Origin: an uncultured Acidimicrobiia bacterium
GTDB taxonomy: Bacteria > Actinomycetota > Acidimicrobiia > IMCC26256 > PALSA-555
Length of the DNA stretch: 64,000 bases
Assembly (NCBI GenBank): GCA_963720675.1
Contig: CAVRGH010000004.1
Coordinates: 135,531 to 199,530 of the forward strand
Direction of reading: 5' to 3'
Position numbers and translations under genes: made by a program. This document shows, piece after piece, positions 46,126-64,000 of this stretch (position 1 is the stretch's first letter; every line of letters begins with the position of its first letter). Below the pieces are notes generated by a model. It ran no database searches. It was not told the DNA's origin and saw only the letters and a list, made by a program, of their open reading frames with translations.

Positions 46126-46848
46126 ATGGCGAGACCAGAGAAGACAGCAGCGGTCGAAGAGATCCGCACGAAGCTGACGGAGTCCGACGCCGCGGTCCTC
46201 ACCGAGTACCGCGGGCTGACGGTCATCGAGCTCGCGGAGCTGCGCGGCGCCCTGCGCCCGGCCGGCACCGAGTACAAGGTGTTCAAGAACACCCTGGCTC
46301 GACTCGCGGTCGAGGCCGCCGGCCTCGAAGAGCTCCTGCCGATGCTGAACGGCCCCACGGCCATTGCGTTCGTGCGTGGTGACGCGGTCGTCGCGGCCAA
46401 GGCCCTCAAGGACTTCGGCAAGGGCAACCCGGCGCTCGTGATCAAGGGCGGCCTGCTCGGCCCCCGCGTGCTGACCCCGGGTGAGGTCGAGTCGCTGGCC
46501 GAGATCGAGCCCCGCGACGTCCTGCTCGCCCGCCTCGCCGGTGGGTTCCAGGCGCCGCTGGTGAAGGCGGCGGGCTTGTTCCAGGCCTTCACCCGGAACT
46601 TCGCGTACGGCGTCAAGGCCCTCGTCGACCAGCGGATCGAGGCCGGCGAGGTGCTCGAGACTCCTGCCGAGCCCGCGGCAGAGGCGCCGGCTGCCGACAC
46701 GACCGACGGCGCGAGGCCGACCGCGGCCGAGGCCCCCGCGGCCGACGCTCCCGAGGCCGAGGCACCTGCTGCCGAGACCGAGACCGAGACCGACGCCGTC
46801 GAGGCCCCCTCGACGGACGAGACCGAGAACAGCACGGAGGAAAGCTGA
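46126..46848 (+). CDS. rplJ: 50S ribosomal protein L10 with acidic C-terminal tail
   Basis: MARPEK..EYRGLTV..VFKNTL..GPTAIAF. Confidence 0.96.
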   Translation: MARPEKTAAVEEIRTKLTESDAAVLTEYRGLTVIELAELRGALRPAGTEYKVFKNTLARLAVEAAGLEELLPMLNGPTAIAFVRGDAVVAAKALKDFGKGNPALVIKGGLLGPRVLTPGEVESLAEIEPRDVLLARLAGGFQAPLVKAAGLFQAFTRNFAYGVKALVDQRIEAGEVLETPAEPAAEAPAADTTDGARPTAAEAPAADAPEAEAPAAETETETDAVEAPSTDETENSTEES

Positions 46849-46850
46849 CA

Positions 46851-47240
46851 ATGGCAACCATGGGTACGACTGAGCTGCTGGACGTCTTCAAGAACATGAC
46901 GGTCCTCGAGCTGAACGACTTCCTGAAGGCGTTCGAAGAGGAGTTCGGCGTCACCGCCGCTGCACCCGTGGCCGTCGCCGGCCCCGCTGCGGCCGGCGGT
47001 GGCGAGGCCGCGGGCGGTGCCGAGGAGAAGGACGAGTTCGACGTCGTCCTCACCGCGGCGGGCGACGCGAAGATCCAGGTCATCAAGGAGGTCCGGTCGC
47101 TCACGAGCCTCGGGCTGAAGGAGGCCAAGGACCTCGTGGACAACGCACCGAAGCCCGTCCTCGAGAAGGCTTCGAAGGAAGACGCCGAGAAGGCCAAGAC
47201 CCAGCTCGAGGCCGCCGGCGCCAGCGTCGAGCTCAAGTAG
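46851..47240 (+). CDS. rplL: 50S ribosomal protein L7/L12
   Basis: [27 protein letters not shown]. Confidence 0.98.
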   Translation: MATMGTTELLDVFKNMTVLELNDFLKAFEEEFGVTAAAPVAVAGPAAAGGGEAAGGAEEKDEFDVVLTAAGDAKIQVIKEVRSLTSLGLKEAKDLVDNAPKPVLEKASKEDAEKAKTQLEAAGASVELK

Positions 47241-47336
47241 CACCAACGCTGCGGTCACGAGCGAGCCGGGTCCCCGGGACCCCGCTCGCTCGCGGCGGAG
47301 CACCGCATGCGGTGGCGCAGGGCCCGGAGAGGGTCC

Positions 47337-47365
47337 TTGACCCGCGCGACCGAGGGTCCTAGGGT
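47337..47365 (+). promoter_or_regulatory. Housekeeping-sigma promoter upstream of rpoB
   Basis: TTGACC-N17-TAGGGT. Confidence 0.6.
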
Positions 47366-47543
47366 CACCCCCGGCTGACCACAGGCCCCCAAGGGGGTCT
47401 GTCCGCTGACGCGTGTTTGCGGCCGGCCTTCGGCGCGTATATCATCTCTGGAGCCGTGTTGTTCCGCCCCGCCTTCTGCTGACCCCAATTTCGGGGTCCG
47501 CGCGCGCCCGTGTCATCTCGTCGCTGCAATTGAGGAGTCGCTA

Positions 47544-55196
<7,653 letters not shown>

Positions 55197-55286
55197 GACT
55201 ATTCTCGACTCTCCCGAACACCGGTCACCGCCGCACCACGTCACTGCCGATCCGGAACTGCCGAAACCCTTACTGAAGGTCACAGA

Positions 55287-55658
55287 GTGCCCACGATCCA
55301 GCAGCTGGTCCGCAAGGGCCGCGAGACCAAGCGAGACAAGTCGAAGACGCCCGCGCTCAAGGGCTCCCCGCAGCGTCGGGGTGTCTGCACGCGCGTCTAC
55401 ACGACGACTCCCAAGAAGCCGAACTCCGCGCTCCGCAAGGTCGCGCGCGTCCGGCTGACGTCGGGCATCGAGGTGACGGCCTACATCCCGGGCATCGGCC
55501 ACAACCTGCAGGAGCACTCGATCGTGCTCGTGCGAGGTGGTCGTGTGAAGGACCTCCCGGGTGTGCGGTACAAGATCATCCGCGGTGCGCTCGACGCGAG
55601 CGGTGTGTCGGACCGCAAGCAGGCCCGCAGCCGCTACGGCGCGAAGCGGGAGGGCTGA
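55287..55658 (+). CDS. rpsL: 30S ribosomal protein S12
   Basis: [20 protein letters not shown]. Confidence 0.98.
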   Translation: MPTIQQLVRKGRETKRDKSKTPALKGSPQRRGVCTRVYTTTPKKPNSALRKVARVRLTSGIEVTAYIPGIGHNLQEHSIVLVRGGRVKDLPGVRYKIIRGALDASGVSDRKQARSRYGAKREG

Positions 55659-55660
55659 GG

Positions 55661-56131
55661 ATGCCACGCAAGGGTCCTGCACCCCGTCGCGACCTGCTGC
55701 CCGACCCGGTCTACCGGTCGGTGGTCGTCACCCAGCTCGTCAACAAGGTCCTGCTCGAGGGCAAGCGCTCGATCGCCGAGCGGCTCGTGTACGACGCCCT
55801 CACCGAGATCGAGACCAAGACCGGTGGCGACCCCGTCCCCACGCTCAAGCGTGCGGTCGAGAACGTCCGTCCCGCCCTCGAGGTGCGCAGTCGCCGCGTC
55901 GGTGGCGCCACCTACCAGGTGCCGGTCGAGGTTCGTCCCCGCCGGGCGACCACGCTCGCGATCCGGTGGATCGTCGGGTACTCGCGTCAGCGCCGGGAGA
56001 AGACGATGGCGGAGCGTCTGGCCGCCGAGCTGCTCGACGCGAGCAACGGGCTCGGTGCCGCGATCAAGCGCAAGGACGACCTGCAGAAGATGGCGGAGTC
56101 GAACAAGGCGTTCGCTCACTACCGTTGGTAA
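55661..56131 (+). CDS. rpsG: 30S ribosomal protein S7
   Basis: [21 protein letters not shown]. Confidence 0.98.
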   Translation: MPRKGPAPRRDLLPDPVYRSVVVTQLVNKVLLEGKRSIAERLVYDALTEIETKTGGDPVPTLKRAVENVRPALEVRSRRVGGATYQVPVEVRPRRATTLAIRWIVGYSRQRREKTMAERLAAELLDASNGLGAAIKRKDDLQKMAESNKAFAHYRW

Positions 56132-56157
56132 TGCACTTGGTCCTCTTGTCGTTACGT

Positions 56158-56319
56158 TCCTGACCGCCCGGCCCTGCCCTCCGGGGCGCACCTCGGTTCG
56201 TCGCTGCGCCTTGGTCCGGCGAGCCCCTGCTCCCTCGCTTCGCTCGGTCGGGCCTTCGGCCGGGTCTCGCCGGAGTCGGCGCAACTGCTCCTCTCCGAGG
56301 TGCACCCCTGCGGTCAGGA
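56158..56319 (+). repeat. ~160-nt nested stem-loop containing repeat copy B
   Basis: tcctgaccgc/gcggtcagga, ggggcgcacctcgg/ccgaggtgcacccc, tgcgcc/ggcgca and tccggcgag/ctcgccgga pairings. Confidence 0.8.
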
Positions 56320-56421
56320 CCTCGCTGGTGCGAAGCCCCTGGGCCGCGCGGAACGTTCGGCGGTGAGCGAAGCGTTCGAACACTTGTTGACCTGAAGAAC
56401 TCAGCAGAGAAGAAGAAGCAG

Positions 56422-58533
<2,112 letters not shown>

Positions 58534-58590
58534 CGCCCGAGCCCACGTCGTTCATCACCACCGACGCACAGCGAAAGGAACGGCCTCGCC

Positions 58591-59781
<1,191 letters not shown>

Positions 59782-59799
59782 CAGGAACGAGCGCACGCG

Positions 59800-60129
59800 A
59801 TGGCAGCAGGCAGCGGTGGACAGAAGATCCGGATCCGGCTGAAGGCCTACGACCACGAGATCATCGACCAGTCGACGAAGAAGATCGTCGAGACGGTCGT
59901 GCGGACCCAAGCCAAGGTGCGGGGTCCGGTGCCGCTGCCGACGGAGATCCGCCGGTTCTGCGTCGTGCGCTCACCGCACGTCGACAAGGACTCCCGCGAG
60001 CACTTCGAGATGCGGATCCACAAGCGTCTGCTCGACATCGTCGAGCCCACCGGGAAGACCGTCGAGAGCCTCCAGCGCCTCGACCTGCCCGCGGGCGTCG
60101 ACATCGAGATCAAGATCCAGACCGCCTAG
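59800..60129 (+). CDS. rpsJ: 30S ribosomal protein S10
   Basis: [26 protein letters not shown]. Confidence 0.98.
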   Translation: MAAGSGGQKIRIRLKAYDHEIIDQSTKKIVETVVRTQAKVRGPVPLPTEIRRFCVVRSPHVDKDSREHFEMRIHKRLLDIVEPTGKTVESLQRLDLPAGVDIEIKIQTA

Positions 60130-60449
60130 CCCAAACAGGGGCACGAATGCCGTCGTTCCTCGGGCGCCTCTCGGCGGCCGAGCCCCTGGTGGCCGAGAGA
60201 CCCCGCCTGGCGTGAGGGTACGGGGGTCCGATAGTCTTTCCCTTCTGCCGCCACGGCCTTTCCACGCCGGTGGGCAGCGCACGATCAAGTAGGACGCATT
60301 CGCCAACCGACGTCCGCGCAGGCCAGCTGGGAACCGCGCGGCACAACCGACACACGCTCCGCCGGACCGCCGGCCACCAGGCCACGGACCGGGGGAGCGT
60401 TCGCGTGAGCAGCACCAGCTGCCACGAACGAGGACGAGCGAGAGAGACG

Positions 60450-61230
60450 ATGGCTGCCAAGGGGATCCTCGGGCGCAAGCTCGGCATGACCCAGGTCTGG
60501 GATTCGGAGAACCGGGTCGTCCCGGTGACCGTGATCGAGGCCGGGCCGTGTCGTGTCGTGCAGCTCAAGACGCCCGAGCGCGACGGCTACGCGGCCGTCC
60601 AGCTCGCCTTCGGTTCGACGAAGCCCCAGCGCCTGTCGAACCCCGAGCTCGGCCACCTCGCGAAGGCGGGTGCCGAGCCGGCGCGCGACCTCGCCGAGCT
60701 CCGCGTCGAGGACCTCGCCGGCTACGAGGTCGGGATGGTCATCGGTGCCGACGTCTTCGCCGCGGGCGAGCGCGTCGACGTCACCGGCATCAGCAAGGGC
60801 AAGGGCTTTGCCGGCCCGATGAAGCGTCACAACTTCAAGGGTCAGGGCGCCAGCCACGGGAACCACAAGAGCCATCGCAAGCCCGGTTCGATCGGTGCGT
60901 GCGCGACGCCGGCTCGGGTCTTCAAGGGCACGCGCATGGCGGGCCACATGGGCGCGCAGAAGACCACCACGCTCAACCTCGAGGTCGTCGAGGGCGACGG
61001 CGAGCGCGGTCTGCTCCTCATCCGCGGCGCGGTGCCGGGGCCGAAGGGCTGCCTGGTGCTCGTGCGCAACGCGGTCAAGGGCCCCGAGGTCAAGTTCACC
61101 CCGCCCACCAAGGCCGAGCCCGAAGCGGCGCCGGTCGAGGACGAGGCAGTCGTCGACGACGCGCCGGTCGAGGCCGCGACCGACGATGCACCGAGGGCGC
61201 GACGAGGCCGTAGAGGAGGAGCAGTCGTGA
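60450..61230 (+). CDS. rplC: 50S ribosomal protein L3; indel near 61195 in the acidic tail
   Basis: [24 protein letters not shown]; natural end EEEQS-TGA overlaps the rplD GTG. Confidence 0.95.
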
Positions 61231-61985
61231 AGGTCGACATCACCTCCGTGGCCGGCAAGAAGGGCGGGAGCGTGGAGCTCCCCGACGATCTCTTCGGGGT
61301 CGAGCCGAACATCGGGCTCCTCCACCAGGTCGTCACCGCCCAGCTCGCGCACCGACGCGCCGGCACGCACAGCACCAAGACCCGTGCCGAGGTCCGTGGT
61401 GGTGGCGCGAAGCCGTGGCGCCAGAAGGGCACCGGCCGCGCCCGCCAAGGTTCGATCCGCTCACCCCAGTGGCGCGGCGGTGGGGTCGCCCATGGGCCGA
61501 AGCCGCGCGACTACGCGCAGCGCACGCCCAAGAAGATGGTGCGGGCCGCACTGCGCTCCGCACTGTCGGACCGCGCCGCCGAGGGCCGGCTCAAGGTCGT
61601 CGACTCCTGGGGGATCGACGAGCCCAAGACGAAGCAGGCGATCACGGTCCTCGAGACCCTCGGCCTGCGGCCGGCTGGTGAGCGTGCGCCGCGCGTGCTC
61701 ATCGTCCTCGACCGCACCGAGCACGCGGTCTGGAAGTCGTTCCGTAACCTCGGCACCCGGGTACAGATCGTGCTGCCCGAGGAGCTCAACCCCTACGACA
61801 TCCTCGTGAACGACTGGCTCGTCTTCTCCCAGCCCACGCTGGACGCGGCGATCGAGCGCTTCGCCGACCGGCCGGCCGCGGCGACGCCCAAGGCGACGTC
61901 GGCGAAGAGCGAGGCACCGGCACCCGACGCTGGGGCCGACGAGCCGACAGCCGACACCGAGACCGACGCGGAGGCGACGGAATGA
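61227..61985 (+). CDS. rplD: 50S ribosomal protein L4
   Basis: [27 protein letters not shown]. Confidence 0.96.
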   Translation: MKVDITSVAGKKGGSVELPDDLFGVEPNIGLLHQVVTAQLAHRRAGTHSTKTRAEVRGGGAKPWRQKGTGRARQGSIRSPQWRGGGVAHGPKPRDYAQRTPKKMVRAALRSALSDRAAEGRLKVVDSWGIDEPKTKQAITVLETLGLRPAGERAPRVLIVLDRTEHAVWKSFRNLGTRVQIVLPEELNPYDILVNDWLVFSQPTLDAAIERFADRPAAATPKATSAKSEAPAPDAGADEPTADTETDAEATE

Positions 61986-62275
61986 ACCGCGATCCCCGTG
62001 ACGTCATCATCAAGCCGGTCGTGTCGGAGAAGTCCTACGCGGCCTACGACGGCGAGGTCTACACGTTCGTCGTCGCGCCCGACGCCAACAAGGTGGAGAT
62101 CCGCCAGGCGATCGAGACCATCTTCAACGTCAAGGTCGCGAACGTGAACACCCTCAACCGCAAGGGCAAGCGCAAGCGAAACCGCAAGACCGGCACCTTC
62201 GGGCAGCGCACCGGACAGAAGCGCGCCATCGTGTCCCTCGCCGAGGGCGAACACATCGAGATCTTCGGGAGCTAG
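61982..62275 (+). CDS. rplW: 50S ribosomal protein L23
   Basis: [23 protein letters not shown]. Confidence 0.97.
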   Translation: MNRDPRDVIIKPVVSEKSYAAYDGEVYTFVVAPDANKVEIRQAIETIFNVKVANVNTLNRKGKRKRNRKTGTFGQRTGQKRAIVSLAEGEHIEIFGS

Positions 62276-62280
62276 TGACG

Positions 62281-63117
62281 ATGGCGATTCGCAAGCGCAA
62301 ACCCACCAGCCCCGGCCGTCGGTTCCAGACTGTCTCGGACTTCGCGGACATCACGCGCGATCGTCCGGAGAAGTCGCTCACGACCTCGAAGCCGAAGACG
62401 GGTGGCCGCAACTCGTACGGCCGCATGACCTCGCGCCACCGTGGTGGTGGCCACAAGCAGAAGTACCGCCTGGTCGACTTCAAGCGCGACAAGGACGGCG
62501 TGCCGGCGAAGGTCGCGGCCATCGAGTACGACCCGAACCGCAACGCGCGCATCGCGCTGCTGCACTACCGCGATGGCGAGAAGCGTTACATCATCGCCCC
62601 CGCGGGTCTCGAGGTCGGCGACGTGCTGCAGAGCGGCCAAGGCTCCGACATCCGCCCGGGCAACGCGCTCCCGCTGCGCTACATCCCGGTGGGGACGATC
62701 GTGCACAACGTCGAGCTGAAGCCGGGTGCCGGCGCCAAGATGGGCCGCGGTGCGGGAGCAGCGATCCAGCTCGTCGCGAAGGAGGGAACGTTCGCGACGC
62801 TGCGGCTGCCCTCTTCGGAGATGCGGCGCGTGGCGATCGACTGCCGCGCCACCGTCGGCACGGTCGGGAACGCCGAGGCGTCGCTGATCAAGATCGGCAA
62901 GGCCGGACGCAACCGGTGGAAGGGCAAGCGCCCCCACAACCGTGGTGTGTCCATGAACCCGGTCGACCACCCGCTCGGTGGTGGCGAGGGCAAGAGCTCC
63001 GGTGGACGACACCCCGTGTCGCCGTGGGGCAAGCCCGAGGGCCGGACCCGCAAGAAGGGCAAGAAGTCCGACGAGATGATCATCCGCCGTCGCCGCAGTC
63101 GCGGCTCGCGCCGGTAG
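62281..63117 (+). CDS. rplB: 50S ribosomal protein L2
   Basis: [25 protein letters not shown]. Confidence 0.98.
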   Translation: MAIRKRKPTSPGRRFQTVSDFADITRDRPEKSLTTSKPKTGGRNSYGRMTSRHRGGGHKQKYRLVDFKRDKDGVPAKVAAIEYDPNRNARIALLHYRDGEKRYIIAPAGLEVGDVLQSGQGSDIRPGNALPLRYIPVGTIVHNVELKPGAGAKMGRGAGAAIQLVAKEGTFATLRLPSSEMRRVAIDCRATVGTVGNAEASLIKIGKAGRNRWKGKRPHNRGVSMNPVDHPLGGGEGKSSGGRHPVSPWGKPEGRTRKKGKKSDEMIIRRRRSRGSRR

Positions 63118-63128
63118 AGGGAGTCACC

Positions 63129-63407
63129 GTGCCGCGCAGTCTCAAGAAGGGCCCGTTCGTCGACGAACACCTCGAGAAGAAGGTGGACGCGCAGAACGCG
63201 GCCGGCGACAAGAAGGTCATCAAGACCTGGTCGCGTCGTTCGACGATCACCCCCGACATGGTCGGTCACACGATCGCCGTCCACGACGGTCGCAAGCACG
63301 TGCCCGTGTACATCAGCGAGTCGATGGTCGGTCACAAGCTCGGCGAGTTCGCCCCCACCCGCACGTTCAAGTTCCACGCGGGTCAAGAGCGATCGGCGAG
63401 GCGATAG
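63129..63407 (+). CDS. rpsS: 30S ribosomal protein S19
   Basis: [22 protein letters not shown]. Confidence 0.98.
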   Translation: MPRSLKKGPFVDEHLEKKVDAQNAAGDKKVIKTWSRRSTITPDMVGHTIAVHDGRKHVPVYISESMVGHKLGEFAPTRTFKFHAGQERSARR

Positions 63408-63409
63408 CC

Positions 63410-64000
63410 GTGGCGGACACCATGGCCCCAGAGGCCGACCGCGAGACGACGGCCCGCCTGCGCCACCTGCGCACATCGCCCACCAAGGTCCGTCCCGTCC
63501 TCAAGCTGGTCGTGGGCAAGGATGTGCTCAGCGCGCGCGACACGTTGCGCCTCTGTGAGCGTGGCGTTGCCGACGACGTCGAGAAGGTCCTCAACTCGGC
63601 GATCGCGAACGCCGAGCACAACGACAACGTGCCCGAGGACGAGCTCTTCATCACCCGGGCGTTCGCCGATGAGGGTCCGACGCAGAAGCGCTGGCGTCCC
63701 CGCGCTCGTGGTCGGGGCACCCGCATCCGCAAGCGCACGAGCCACATCACCATCGTGGTGGCGCGCTACGCGGACGACGAGCTCGAGCAACGCCGCCGCC
63801 GTGAGGCCGCCGCGGGTGGTCCGGCGCGTCGCCGCCCGACCCGTCGGCGCACGCCCAAGGCCGAGCCCGAGCACGAGCACGACCACGAGCACGAGCACGA
63901 CACGACGACGAGTCCGCCGAGGCGGCCCCGGCGAAGAAGACGACCGCGAAGAAGACGGCCAAGAAGTCGACGAAGAAGGCCACCAAGAAGGCGACGGCCA
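63410..64000 (+). CDS. rplV: 50S ribosomal protein L22 with long C-terminal extension (3'-truncated; indel near 63901)
   Basis: SPTKVR, SAIANAEHN, DEGPTQKRWRPRARGR, KRTSHITIVV. Confidence 0.93.
   Translation, partial: MADTMAPEADRETTARLRHLRTSPTKVRPVLKLVVGKDVLSARDTLRLCERGVADDVEKVLNSAIANAEHNDNVPEDELFITRAFADEGPTQKRWRPRARGRGTRIRKRTSHITIVVARYADDELEQRRRREAAAGGPARRRPTRRRTPKAEPEHEHDHEHEHDTTTSPPRRPRRRRRPRRRRPRSRRRRPPRRRRP

Noticed and set aside
60270-61985. 571-aa L3-L4 fusion ORF
   Set aside because: An indel near 61195 explains it: the natural L3 end ([12 protein letters not shown]) overlaps the rplD GTG at 61227, with a GAGGAG RBS upstream

Overview
High-GC actinobacterial window, probably Acidimicrobiia (inferred from gene content and protein style), that is mostly core genome. 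From left to right it holds a partial geranylgeranyl-reductase (MenJ-like) gene and a FUSC transporter, a complete 14-subunit nuo operon (complex I), pgi and a patatin, and a second 11-subunit nuo operon lacking nuoEFG. That second operon is followed directly by an NDUFAF7/MidA-family methyltransferase. Next come a direct-repeat-flanked, heavily frameshifted secreted-protein cassette, acs, htpX, yajQ, four tRNAs, tuf-rpmG, an ECF sigma/anti-sigma pair, secE-nusG-rplKAJL-rpoBC, the str operon with a second, diverged tuf, and the start of the S10 operon. About a dozen isolated 1-2 nt indels hit essential genes (rpoB, rpoC, rplC, pgi, nuo), which points to long-read sequencing error rather than biology. 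The most interesting signals are five: (i) the MidA methyltransferase sits beside the headless complex I, whose NuoD keeps the Arg that NDUFAF7 methylates in mitochondria, while the other NuoD has Thr there; (ii) a 38-bp hairpin direct repeat brackets a 1.2-kb cassette; (iii) a structured repeat family lies inside ribosomal-protein operon spacers; (iv) MIRU-like mini-ORFs bridge adjacent genes; (v) the two EF-Tu paralogs differ at functionally characterised residues. No CRISPR array, rRNA or transposase was seen.
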